The notes below the pieces were generated by a model that was given only the letters and a program-made list of their open reading frames with translations, made no database searches and was not told the DNA's origin. A program made the translations under genes and the position numbers. Positions 25,774-40,109 of a stretch of 64,000 nucleotides of DNA are shown one piece after another (position 1 is the stretch's first letter; the number at the start of each line of letters is the position of its first letter). This DNA comes from Octopus sinensis. Its lineage: Eukaryota. The DNA is taken from NCBI RefSeq assembly GCF_006345805.1, contig NC_043019.1, positions 20,149,360 to 20,213,359 on the forward strand. Reading direction: 5' to 3'.

Positions 25774-26337
25774 GAAATGAGGTAATCAGAAGATCGGATG
25801 GTTCATATTTACAGATATTTATTTATATATTACATTTTTTACATATATATATCATATCATTCAGATCATACCATTCAGATCATTAGCGCTTTCTCCCATT
25901 CTAGTGGGGTTTTCATTATAATATTGTAAATCAGGAGAAGAGTATACCCTATAAAATATAGAGCAGTTATTTATTTTTGTATGTGTAACATAAGCCTAGT
26001 AAAAAATCATTGGTTTCATGTCTAGCAGGAACTAATCCCATCAGTTACTGTTTAGAGGAACTGAAAAGATGTCTAGTTCACGCCATGGTTTTTCTAAACT
26101 TACACTACACATACAATATATGTATATATTACACAAAAAGGGGATAAATTCATGGAGTTTGTAAACGTTTTTGATTTTCATTTCATGAATTTATCCCCTT
26201 TTTGTGTATCTAGTACTTGCTTCTTCTTTTAGAGGCCTTTTAATGTACTTATATATGAATAACATATAGTCTAATGACTAATTTGTCTTTTGTGCTAGAT
26301 CACTGGTAATAATAATTTATTTTATTACCCTATTTAC

Positions 26338-26375
<38 letters not shown>

Positions 26376-26588
26376 ATATATAGCTATTCCTTCTACTTTT
26401 AAAGTAGAAGGAATAGCTAATTTTTTTGACTGCTATTTCTAAACTTCGGTATGTGGGGAGCAGATCTTTGCTGAACCCTAATTATAAAGTATTACTTAAG
26501 CTTACCATGAAATGGTATTTTTCATGCCAAATTCTACTTGGTGAAATTACTGATTACTTCTTAATTAATTAATTTTACCCTTTGTTAT

Positions 26589-26646
<58 letters not shown>

Positions 26647-26899
26647 CTCTATGACAGGTTGTGGGGTTCAATGTACTGCTGTGTTTACTGTTACGAAAGA
26701 GAGAAAGAAACCCTAATATAATTGTAGAGGAATCTTCACAGTGGTATAGTTGAAGGTTTCAAAGCCTGTCTGTGACTGCCACCTTAATTCCGGATCCCAA
26801 AACTACCAGACATATGTGTGTATGTGTGTGTGTGCATGTGTGTACATCTATGTACATGTGCACACTTACACACACACGTGTGTGTATGTACATTATGTA

Positions 26900-26941
<42 letters not shown>

Positions 26942-27023
26942 ATATATATATAACACAAGCAATTAAAATTAAAATTTCTCTCTCCTTATATATATATATA
27001 TAAGCTATATCGTATATCATATG

Positions 27024-27094
<71 letters not shown>

Positions 27095-27639
27095 TACTTG
27101 TGTGTGTGTGTGCACGCAGACGTGTGTGTGTGTGCACGCAGACGTGTGTGTGTGTGTGTGTGTGTGCATGTGACATAAAAACCCTAAAAAGAAAACAGCT
27201 TGAACAACAAAAAGTAGAAAAAAAGAATGAACAGCATAAAGATAAATTGAACTTACAGATGAAAAGAGTGTGTGTATATATATATATATATAAATATAAA
27301 TATATATATATATATGTGTGTAATTAGCAGAGTGTCGCTAATGAATTAGTAATGCTCTGTTTGAGTCAGGATCGTTGTTGATGTTTCGCCTTTAAATATA
27401 ATAAGCCCTGATATATGTCCCTTTTTTCTACTTAAAAAGAACCGGGGTCAGCTTGTACTGTATATGTGCAGTTTAACAGTTACACACAAAGGGGAACTAA
27501 TCCATTTTGTGATAAGGGGGTGAAAGGTATGGTGAGAAGAGAGCTGACTAAAAAGGGACAGAGCAAGAGAAAGTGGGAGACTGAGGAGAAAGGAACTGTA
27601 TGAGCAAGAAGACAGATAGGCAGGCAGGCAGTTAGGTAG

Positions 27640-27651
27640 GCAGGTAGATAT

Positions 27652-27708
<57 letters not shown>

Positions 27709-27759
27709 CAGATAGATAGACAGACAGATATATAGATAGATAGATAGACAGACAGATAT

Positions 27760-27796
<37 letters not shown>

Positions 27797-27807
27797 CAGA
27801 CAGATAT

Positions 27808-27844
<37 letters not shown>

Positions 27845-27855
27845 CAGACAGATAT

Positions 27856-27908
<53 letters not shown>

Positions 27909-27933
27909 CAGATAGACAGAAAGATAGATAGAG

Positions 27934-27968
<35 letters not shown>

Positions 27969-28027
27969 CAGATAGATAGATAGATAGACAGACGGACAGA
28001 TAGATAGATAGATAGATAGATAGATAT

Positions 28028-28070
<43 letters not shown>
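27640..28070. repeat. (GATA)n/(GACA)n microsatellite
   Basis: Direct reading. Confidence 0.95.
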
Positions 28071-28071
<1 letters not shown>

Positions 28072-28441
28072 TAAGACAGATGGAAGGAGGATAGATAAAG
28101 ATATATATAGGTAGATGTATAGACAGCAAGATTGATGGAAAAGGCGGAGAGATGGCAGAAACGTTAGCATGCCGGGCGAAGTGCGTAGCCGTATTTCGTC
28201 TGCCGTTACGTTCTGAGTTCAAATTCCGCCGAGGTCGACTTTGCCTTTCATCCTTTTGGGGTCGATAAATAAAGTACCAGTTACGCACTGGGGTCGATGT
28301 AATCGACTTAATCCCTTTGTCTGTCCTTGTTTGTCCCCTCTATGTTTAGCCCCTTGTGGGCAATAAATAAGATTGATGGAAACAGATAGGTGAGTAGACA
28401 GATATGTAGATAAACAAATGGTTTGACAGACCAGCATTGAC

Positions 28442-28478
<37 letters not shown>

Positions 28479-28983
28479 TATGTATGTATATATATATAGC
28501 TGAAAAAAGATATACGAATCAAAATTTAAAATATAAAAGGTGTAGGTGAAAATAACACAGAGACATTTTAAGTAACTCTAAGACATCTTCATATGATTTT
28601 AAAATCATTTTATTAAATTCCTTCTAAATTGAAATATCTCAGATTTACTTCTGTGCTATTTCCACTTCTACCTTTTACATATATATATATATATAAATAA
28701 ATTAGAAAAAAAACACCTTTTATTAATTCAATATGAAAAATTAAATTACACCATCTAGAAAATTACATATAATAGAAAGATTAAATATAAGATAAAAAAT
28801 ATAACGATGATTAAGTAATGTGCAAAATAATAAATAAAACGTATATATTTGGTAGAATTTTTCATTTTGAATTGATAAAAGGTGTTTTTTTTTCTAATTT
28901 ATATATATATTATATTTTGTGAAATTTGATTTAGTATTTCTAAATTAAATTTTTCCCTATAAGTTTGGAATAATATTCCCTCA

Positions 28984-29016
<33 letters not shown>

Positions 29017-29020
29017 GTTG

Positions 29021-29051
<31 letters not shown>

Positions 29052-29638
29052 GCTTAGCGAAATGCTTAGCGGTATTTCGTCTGTCGTTACGTTCTGAGTT
29101 CAAATTCTGCCAAGGTTGACTTTGCCTTTCATCCCTTCAGGGTCGATAAATAAAGTACCAGTTTCGCACTGGAGTCGATGTAATTGACTTAATCCCTTTG
29201 TCTGTCCTTGTTTGTCCCCTCTGTGTTTAGCCCCTTGTGGGCAGTAAAGAAATATATATATATATGTATGCTTTTATTCTTTTATTTGTTTCAGTCATTT
29301 CGCTGCAGGCATACTGGAGCACTGCCTTTAGTCAACCAAATCGACCCCAGGACTTATTCTTTGTAAGCCCAGTACTTATTCTATTGGTCCCTTTTGCTGA
29401 ACCACTAAGTTACGGGGACGTAAACACCCAACATTGGTTGTCAAGCGATGTTGGGGGACAAACACAGACACAAGCATATACATATATATGTATATATATG
29501 ACAAGCTTCTTTCAGTTTCCGTCTACCAAATCCACTCACAAGGCTTTGGTCAGCCCAAGGTGCCATGCAGTGGGACTGAACACGGAACTACCATGTGGTT
29601 AGTAAGTAAGCTTCTTACCACACAGCCACTCCTGTGCC

Positions 29639-29670
<32 letters not shown>

Positions 29671-30022
29671 TTCTTTTACTCTTTTACTCATTTCAGCAAT
29701 GTGGTTGCAGTGATGCTGGAGCATCTTACCTCCCCCCTCTTCCCTCATCTCCTCTCTCTACACTACACCATACGACTTTACACATCACATCATATATACA
29801 TACACACGTCCAGACCTCTCATACGCACTAATACTCTCTCATACACACACACACATTCTTATGTTGGGGCGAGGTCATTTAACCCTATTATCTCCCCTAA
29901 TTTCGCTCTTGCGTCTCACGTTTGATCTTTGACTTCTGGCCGAAATCAGATCACCATGTTGATTCGCTAGCCTCTGCACACATTTTTTTTCTCTCCTTCT
30001 TTCTGTGTTTCTTCTCTGTGTA

Positions 30023-30060
30023 TCTTTCTGTTGAAGAGCGTAGGCTCGAAACGTTAAAGA
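30023..30060 (+). ncRNA. Small hammerhead-like variant
   Basis: TCTTT-CTGTTGA-A-GAGC(GTAG)GCTC-GAA-ACGT-T-AAAGA; stems I and II pair, stem III is the palindrome ACGT, core has A6U. Confidence 0.45.
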
Positions 30061-30156
30061 CTTGTTTTATTTATATTCCTGGGCGCCATACTAATACAAT
30101 TGTTTGTTTGTATTCCACCTGCCTTCGTCTTTTGTCTATTTTCATAAAGCTTCCCG

Positions 30157-30200
<44 letters not shown>

Positions 30201-30551
30201 TTAGACGACTGACCACTAAAAGTGGACAGTCAATATGCTAGATATAGACGTCAAAATCGTCATTTTCCATGAAGAATGTGTTCTCAAGAAAAAAAACTCA
30301 GCAAAAAACCAAAGTGTAAAAATAAGCAAGACAAATGAAAATATACGAAATATAAAACGATTACTTATGTACTGATTAGTTTCACTTGTTAATATTTATG
30401 TATATGGATACGCAAACATCTGCAAGATCATTAGCATAGACTGTCATTTACAAAACACAATTTCCAGAACTAGACACAGAACGCTCAACCGAAATCCAGC
30501 ATGTATAAAGTTCAACAAATTATATTTATGTGTATCTTTCAAATGCCTTTA

Positions 30552-30651
30552 NNNNNNNNNNNNNNNNNNNNNNNNNNNNNNNNNNNNNNNNNNNNNNNNN
30601 NNNNNNNNNNNNNNNNNNNNNNNNNNNNNNNNNNNNNNNNNNNNNNNNNNN
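30552..30651. other. Assembly gap (100 N)
   Basis: Run of exactly 100 n. Confidence 1.
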
Positions 30652-31174
30652 TTAATAGGAGCTGGTAGATTCATGTTGTTTGTTGCAAGAGTGCAGTTGT
30701 TTTATATATGCAAATATATATATATATTCTTCTTTTTGGCTTTTTCTCAACATCCAATCCTCCTTATTTCCTTTCCTTACAAGAGGAATGAACCGAACCG
30801 GAATCTACCCAGTATTCACTCTACATTGAGTGAGAAAACAGTATGGACGGATGTTTGGAGTCCAATAATACCCTGTACACCTATTTGATTATGAACATTT
30901 ACAAGCATACTTTCTCAGTGATACTCAGTTTACCTACCATTATAAATAATACCAAATGTTCTTTCTCAAACCTTTCATAATGTGATACAAGTCTTTGGTG
31001 TAGCAATTGCATGCGGCTGAAGAGGGCTTTTAAACTATCTGTTATGTCGATTATACATTGATGTAAGAATAAGTTGTTTTATAAAGCTTGAAACATGTGT
31101 ACCGCAACATCCTTTGTGTTCTGCTTTTTATTTCATTTGATACATATATATATATATTTATGTCTGTATATGCA

Positions 31175-31205
<31 letters not shown>

Positions 31206-31472
31206 TATATATATATATATACACACACATATATCTTTATACTCTTTTACTTGTTTCAGTCATTTGACTGCAGCCATGCTGGAGCACCACCTTTAGTCGA
31301 GCAAATCGACTCCGGGACTTATTCTTTGTAAGCCTAGTATTTATTCTATCGGTCTCTATTGCCGAACCGCTAAGTTACGGGGACGTAAACACACCAGCAT
31401 CGGTTATCTATCCATATATATATACATATATATATGTGTGTATGGTTCTGCAAATTATATTTTGCTATGACG

Positions 31473-31532
31473 ATCACACTGATGAATTACAGACATTTAT
31501 GTAAATGGTAACAATGAAACCTGGTTTGTGAT
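31473..31532 (+). ncRNA. Minimal type I hammerhead ribozyme motif (Penelope-type)
   Basis: ATCACA-CTGATGA-ATT...AAT-GAA-ACCTGGT-T-TGTGAT: 6-bp stem I, intact core, quasi-palindromic stem III, GUU site. Confidence 0.7.
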
Positions 31533-31974
31533 TAATTTTTATATTTTGTATCTTTCATTTGTCTTGCTCACTTACGTTCTGGCGTTTGCTGAATTTTCTT
31601 GAGAACAATCTTTTCTTAGTAGTCAGACCATGTAGGGTCTTTTTGTAGCACAATGGATGTCCACTTAGTGGTCATCCACTCTTATATGTATGTTTTTGTT
31701 TTTGTTTATTTTTAATGAGGTTCCAAGACAGTGGAGATGGATAGATAAAAATATATGTAGGTATATAGTCTGTTTGACTGAGTGATTGGTAGATAGTTAG
31801 ATGGATATGTTTCTTTATTGGCCACACAGGACTGAAGACAGAGGGGACAAAATACAAAGTAGAGCTTTTCATTTTGGGAAGAATAAGAGAAAAAAAATTG
31901 GGTCCAATTTCGATCAAAAGGGATCGTGGAAAAAAAAAAAGGCCGATCAGTAGGGATCACATATCACAGAAATA

Positions 31975-32700
31975 TCAATGTAAAAAGGGAAAACAGATTA
32001 GGCTTATCCATGGAAAGAAAAGCCTATGGAGAAGACTACGGTAACCTTGGGCAATAATGTCATGCAAAAAAATCACATACCAGTAAGTGACTTTTTTTTT
32101 TGTTTTATAGGATTATGTTCAAGGTGGCTTCATCATTCACAGGTGCCACCTTTGCTACATTCACCCATCTTTTTTGAAACATTCTCTAGACAAAACTTCC
32201 TTCCTCTTCAAGTGATATTTGAAGAAGTTGATGAGAGATTCACCAGAGAGGAAAGTGTTTGTCTCTGGACCTTTCAGATGCATCCACCATACACATTCTT
32301 TCACCATAGCCACAAGTACGATGAAAATGGCTCTTCCTTCCCGTTTGAAGGAAGGAGGCGTGACAACATTCATGATAGACTTGGTTGACAAACTGTCCGA
32401 ATGTGTGCAGAACGGTTTCATCGCTCTGACCGCATCTCAGACAGGTCAGCCCCATGTTTCTTGAGCCGTGCATGTAGAGCTTATTCTGAACAGATAGCAC
32501 TGACAGGCTAGGTATCTCCGGAAGTTGATCATAGGTCCCGGCCCAGATAGATAGATACATGGATAGATGGATGGATGGATGGATGGATGGATGGTGGTTG
32601 GGTCGATCGATCGATCGATCATATATTTTGTCACTGTTGAAGAACTGAAAAAGTGCCTTAAGACTGGATTGATGCCATTTTAGTCTCCTTGTATAAATCT
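31975..32700 (-). mobile_element. L1/Tx1 LINE 3' region with zinc-knuckle remnant
   Basis: LTCLRCGQSDETVLH motif in ORF 32240-32707. Confidence 0.65.
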
Positions 32701-32789
32701 GGGCCAAAGGATCTGTGTGGGATTTCGCTTTTTTCTGGGGTTGGAAAAATACTTGCCCATATTTTGTTAGAATGTTTAAATACCTTTAT

Positions 32790-34222
32790 AGTTCCACTGA
32801 GACAGAACTGGAAGATATCAAGGCAACATGGATTGCTCCAGATATTCATGAGCAGTTGAAAATTGATCTCTCAAAACTTACATCTGAACGAGACATCTTA
32901 GAAGAAGAAATCGAAAAGAAAGATATCCTTCTCCGGAAACTGGGCAGTGATTTGAATACTGAACGACATCTTCGGTTTGAAATAGAAGACGATCTTGAAG
33001 AGAAGAACAAGATTATATCAAGAACTGAACAACCAAATTCGAGATTTGAAGAAGTTGCAAGACCAGTTAGATGAATACGACAACATTAAGAATTAATACA
33101 AACAATTAGTTGCTGATGCTGATAATCAGCATGATGAACTTAAATCATTGAAATTGGAAAATACTTCATTCATCATCATTTCGCGTCCGTTTTCCATGCT
33201 AGCATGGGTTGGACGGTTCTACTGGGGTCTGTGAAGCCAGAAATCTGCATCAGGCCCAGTCTGATCTGGCAGTGTTTCTACGGCTGGATGCCCTTCCTAA
33301 CGCCATGCCCTTCATTAAAGAATGAAAATGCTGAAATGTATGAAGAACTGAAGGAAATAAAATCACAATTGAAGGTGGCTCAGTTAGACCAAGTTAAGAG
33401 CTTGAAGGAGCTACAATTAGAACAGAGGAAAAGTTCTAATCTCCAATTGCACTTGGATCACAAGCAGAAAATCTTGGATGAGACAATTCAGAGTAAAAAA
33501 TTTCTCAGAAGACAGTTTAGCAGAACTGAGAGAAATGTACGAAGTATTGAAAAAACACTTGCATTTCAGTCAAAAAAGCAACCAGCTGGAGAAAATATGA
33601 GTGTTGTAAGAGACCATTTAATGACTGAATTGAAGACAGAACTGGAAGATATCAAGGCAACATGGATTGCTCCAGATATTCAGGAGCAGTTAAAAATTGA
33701 TCTCTCAAAACTTATATCTGAACGAGACATCTTAGAACTCAATGAGAAATATTCAGAGTCTCGGTTTGAAACTGAGAACATTGAGAAATTAATAAAACGC
33801 TACAAGACACACGACCATAACCAAGGTGAATGAGCGTGATGCTGAAGAAAAGATTGATGAAGAAAGAGATAATGAAGAAAGAGCAGAATAAATTCCAAGA
33901 AACTTCTGGCGGCTGTGGCAAAATGTTTGCATGTGAGGATGAACCTAACACTTATGATTGGAGTCGGCTCACTGAAATTAAGGGACGAAACACTATGGTC
34001 CTTCCTCACCTTCATTCAACATATCCTGCTGAGCCGCAGAACATTCCAAGTCCATTTGAAGCGGACATCACTCTGCCAAAATCTGCAAGCAAACGCAAGC
34101 GGAAGAGTCCTGTCAGTTTTCAGCAAGCGAGAATTAAAGAAATCAATGAAGAAAACACACACTTTTCTTATAAAAGATTACGAATAAAGTCACCCATTGG
34201 GCAGAAGGAGTATACTGGCTGA
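32790..34222 (+). pseudogene. Disrupted intronless coiled-coil gene fragment
   Basis: E/K/L-rich heptad sequence across ORFs 32715-33074, 33204-33833 and 33830-34222. Broken by a frameshift near 33010, an in-frame TAA, and a SINE insertion (33171-33309) with CTTCATT target duplication. Confidence 0.6.
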
Positions 34223-34384
34223 CCAAGCATGGCATTTGATAGAAGCAACACACCCAGATTAGCTCGTCGCAGACAGAAAAGGTGGTCTGCACTTTTATGC
34301 ATACCTCAGCCCAAGAGAAAACCCTTGAGAACAAGAAATTTCAAAGAAACAAGTATTTTAATTGAGTATCTTTGAGTGTGTAAT

Positions 34385-34675
34385 CTGAATCTGAAGTATA
34401 CCAGGGAAACATTAATCATTCCGAAAAGCTCTACCTGCGACGATTCTATCTCAATCGAAGGAGAGGAGCTTTCTCCGTCCGGGTTGCGGATCCGTGGAAC
34501 AAGCTGCCAGACGAGATGGTGAAGATGCCGACGACCGCTTTGTTCAAAGCCTCCCTGGACCTCAAGTGGCCTGAACTCTTTACATGAACACCACCCTGTA
34601 CTTAACTCCATGTCCCCCTACATGACCTTGCTATTTGCTTTTGAGCCAAATAAACTAACTAACTAACTAACTAAC
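34385..34675 (+). mobile_element. CR1-type LINE 3' end with (TAAC)n tail
   Basis: [35 protein letters not shown]; an inverted relative with a nested second CR1 end lies at 59135-59760. Confidence 0.8.
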
Positions 34676-34684
34676 CTCAATTAA

Positions 34685-35050
34685 AGCTATGATTTTGAGG
34701 AACCAAATGACATGGTGTGGCCATATTATTCGAATGGCAGACGAACGCATGCCGAAACAGCTGTTTTATGGCGAGCTTGCAGAGGGGAAATGCTATTGGT
34801 ATAAACCTAAAAAATGGTTTAAGGATGGCATAAGGTCTACTATGAAGTCACTTGGAATAAATTCATTGAAGAGGCCAGGATAACACATGTAAGACTCAAA
34901 AGAGATCTAAGGAAGAATGTAATGATCGACAATAACCTTTTTATGTGCACAGACTGTGACAGACCATGCCTATCTTTTGCTGGGATCAAATCTCATCTGT
35001 GAACCCATGGAAAACAAACCTCCGCCAACTATTCTGCCTATATGTCTGTG
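34685..35050 (+). mobile_element. RTE LINE 3' fragment
   Basis: WCGHIIRMADERMPKQLFYGEL. Confidence 0.75.
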
Positions 35051-35059
35051 CACACCTTT

Positions 35060-36553
35060 GAATGCATATACATACATATATATATACATACATACATATC
35101 TATATACATACATACATACATACATATATATACATACATATATACATACATATATATACATATATACACATACATATACATACATATATACACATACATA
35201 TACATACATACATATATATACATACATATATACATACATATATATACATATATACACATACATATATATACATACATATATACATACATATATATACATA
35301 TATACACATACATATATATACATACATATATATACATATATACACATACATATACATACATACATATATATATATACATATATATACATACATACATATA
35401 TATACATATATACACATACATATACATACATATATACACATACATATACATACATATATACACATACATATACATACATACATATACATACATATACATA
35501 CATACATATATATACATATACATACATACATATATATAACAATACATACATACATATATATACATATATACACATACATATACATACATATACATACATA
35601 CATACATATATATATACATACATATATACATATATATATACATACATACATATATATATACATATATATATACATACATACATATACATACATACATACA
35701 TATATATATACATATATATACCATATATATATATATACATACATATATATACATATACATACATATATACATATATATATATACATACATATACATATAT
35801 ATATATACATACATATACATATATATATACATACATATACATATATATATATACAATATACACATATATATACATACATATACACATATATATATACACA
35901 TATATATATATACGTACAATACACATATATATATATACATACATATACACATATATATATATACATACATATACACTATATATATATACATACATATACA
36001 CATATATATATATACATACATACATATACACATATATATATATACATACATATACTATACATACATATCATATTATATATACATACATATACACTATATA
36101 TATACATACATATACACATATATATATATACATACTATACACATATATATATATACATATATATACACATATATATATAACATACATATACACATATATA
36201 TATATACATACATATACATATATATTATACTACATACATATACACATATATCTATATATACATACACATATATATATATACATACATATACACATATATA
36301 TATATACATACATATACATATATATATACATACATATACATAATATACATATATATATACATACATATACATATATATATACATATATATATACATACAT
36401 ATACATATATATATATTACATACATATACATACATATACATATACATACATATACATACATACATATATATATACATACATATACATACATATACATATA
36501 TACATATACTACATATATATATACATACATATATATATACATACATATATATA

Positions 36554-36591
<38 letters not shown>

Positions 36592-37492
36592 GACATATAT
36601 ACATATATATACATATATATACATATATCATACATATACATATATATACATATATATACACACATATATACATATATATACATATATACATTACATAATA
36701 TATACTACATATACATATATATATACATACATATACATACATATACATATATATATATATTACATACATATATAATATTATACATATATATATACATATA
36801 TATACATACATAATACATACATATATACATACATATATACATACATATACACATACATATATATATATGCATATATATATATCCATACAATATACATACA
36901 TATATATATATGCATATATATATAATTACATACATATATACATACATATATATATATGCATATATATATATACATACATATATACATACAATATATACAT
37001 ATATATATACTATATATATATACATATACATATAATACTATGCATTATATATATACATATATATACTATATGCATAATATATATATATGCCATATATAAT
37101 ATATACATATATATATACATATATAATAATATATATACATATATATATATATATACATATATATATAATATACATATATATAAATAATATATAATATATA
37201 ATATACATACATAATATTACATACATATAATATATACATGACATATATATACATACATAACATATATCAAACATATACATACATATTATACATACATACA
37301 TATAACCTACATATATATATTACTACATATATATATCATACATATACATACATATAACATACACATATATACATACACATATATACATAGTATCATACAT
37401 ATATACATACACATATATACATACACATATATACATACACATATATACACCTACATATATACATACACATAATAATACACATATATACATAC

Positions 37493-37525
<33 letters not shown>

Positions 37526-37724
37526 ATACATACATACATATACATACATACATATATATATATATATACTACATAATACATATACATACAATATATATAT
37601 ATATATAACATACATTATATATATATACATACATATATATATATATACATACATATATATATATACATACATATATACATACACACATAATATATATACA
37701 TATACACACACACATACATACATA

Positions 37725-37755
<31 letters not shown>

Positions 37756-38625
37756 CATATATCACCGTGATCACCGTGACCGACCAGACCATCAGATGTT
37801 GCTGCACATCGCTGGTCACAATGCGCTTCGCATTATTTTAGCCTTCAAATGACGCCACCCCGCTGGCGAAGCGAGCAGGCCAACAGAAGAGTGAGAGAAA
37901 GTTGTGGCGAAGGAGTACAGCAGGGATCGCCACCACCCCCTGCTGGAGCCTCGTGAAGCTTTTAGGTGTTTTCGCTCAATAAACACTCACAAGGCCCGGT
38001 CTGGGAATCGAAACCGCGATCCTAACCACTGGGCCATTGCGCCTCCACATACATATATACATACATATATATATACATATATATATACATACATACATAT
38101 ATATACATACATACATATATATACATACATACATATATATACATACATATATACATACATATATACATACATACATATATACATACATACATACATATAT
38201 ACATACATACATATATACATACATACATATATACATACATACATATATACATACATACATATATACATACATACATATATACATACATACATATATACAT
38301 ACATACATACATACATATATACATACATATATATATATATACATACATACATACATACATATATACATACATATATATATATACATACATACATATATAC
38401 ATACATACATATATACATACATACATATATACATACATATATATATATATACATACATACATATATACATACATACATATATACATACTACATATATACA
38501 TACATATATATATATATACATACATACAATATATATACATACATACATATATACATACATACATACATCATATATATATACATACTATATATATAATACA
38601 TACATACATATATATATTACATACA

Positions 38626-38663
<38 letters not shown>

Positions 38664-38680
38664 ATACATATATATAATAC
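35060..38680. repeat. Very long compound (TA)/(TACA) microsatellite, interrupted by a SINE at about 37760-38045
   Basis: Direct reading; explains the spurious Y/I/H/T-rich ORFs. Confidence 0.95.
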
Positions 38681-39472
38681 ATCGAACTCTCTTCATGCAC
38701 CAAATGGCAGTTGCTAGAAAGCTTTCGTGAAGTGAAACCAAGTAGCAACACCAAATGGCGGTGCCCCAGCATGGCCACAGCTCATAAGCTGAAACTAGAA
38801 TCAATCAATCAATCATACATATATACATACATATATACATACATATATATATATATAATATATATATATATATACATACATACATACATATATATATATA
38901 TCCATATACTGCCAAAGATTGTCATATATAACAAATTCAAATTAAATTTATTTAATTTGTGTATTGAACATGAAACTAGTTCAGTATTAACCACTTTAAC
39001 TTTAAAATAAACTTTATTCATCTTGCCCGCTTTTACAGTTATTTTGTATCAAGGTAAATTGTTGATGCCTTATTTAAACATCAATTATTCACCATGCATA
39101 GAAGCAAAGTTTTTTTAACTGCACTCCTCTCTTTACATATAGATATATATACACACACACACATAGAGTGAAGGTGTGTGGCTTGGTGGTTAAGGCATTG
39201 GGCTCATAACTGTAACGTCATGAGTTCAATTCTTGGCAATGTGTTGTGTCCTTAACCAAAACAGTTCATTTCACGTTGCTCCAGTTCAAATATTTACTTA
39301 AAACTAAATAAAGTACTAAATAATAGATAGTATATAATTATATATATACATACATACATATATAAATATACATATATATATATACATATATATATATATA
39401 CCGGAGTAAATACATAAATGTGAAACAAGGTGGAAAAAAGAGTACTCAAATACCAGAGGTAGAGTAGTATGC

Positions 39473-39623
39473 TTTATTTAAAAGCAGCAGAAATTTAACA
39501 ACAGCTGTTACTCGGAGTTTCACGTTCCCGTTCGTCGGACAGTTTAACAAAAGTGTCCGACGAACGGGAACGTGAAACTCCGAGTAACAGCTTTTGTTAA
39601 ATTTCAGCTGCTTTTAAATAAAG

Positions 39624-39624
<1 letters not shown>
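39473..39624. repeat. Palindrome containing two inverted hammerhead-like motifs
   Basis: Arms of about 70 bp. Each contains TGT-CCGACGA-ACG(GGAA)CGT-GAA-ACTCCGAGT-A-ACA (39505-39542 minus, 39554-39589 plus). Confidence 0.6.
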
Positions 39625-39710
<86 letters not shown>

Positions 39711-39777
39711 GACATGCATACATACATACAAATATATTGATTTTATTTATACGTAACATATTTCTGAGTGTGTGTGT

Positions 39778-39790
39778 TTATTGTTTATTT
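39778..39790 (-). promoter_or_regulatory. Candidate MAD1 poly(A) signals (two AATAAA)
   Basis: tttattgtttatt on + gives two AATAAA hexamers on -, about 800 nt after the MAD1 stop and followed by a switch to low-complexity DNA. Confidence 0.5.
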
Positions 39791-40109
39791 CCAATGTTTT
39801 TGGTTTTCTCAAAGTCACTTTCCAAAATCCTATTTCAAAAACAAAAAAATGTTGTAAAATAATCCAGTGTAGACAGCATTTCCCAAGACCATCTTTTAGA
39901 TGCACCATTAGAAATGATGGTGATGGCAGTGGTGTGTGTCTTTCTTTCTCTCTCCCTCTTTCTCATTTAGAATTATGTACACACTGCAGACTTTGCAACT
40001 CACATCAAGTCCTTCATGGTGTAGTGGAGATCAGAGTGACTGGCTCTGGCTGTAGTTTGATCTCTGTCTCTTTCCAGACATTGCTAATACACTGGGGATG
40101 GATTAGAGC

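Noticed and set aside
25507-26800. Possible extra minus-strand exons (YGSQLLLSPLQWFLSL..., FWDPELRWQSQ...)
   Set aside because: No phase-compatible chain, start codon or recognisable domain could be built.
34956-38717. Very long ORFs (up to 580 aa) of Y/I/H/T or M/Y/V/C residues
   Set aside because: Translations of (TA)/(TACA) microsatellite that lack stops by composition. The same applies to 27448-28288 (GATA)n and similar tracts.
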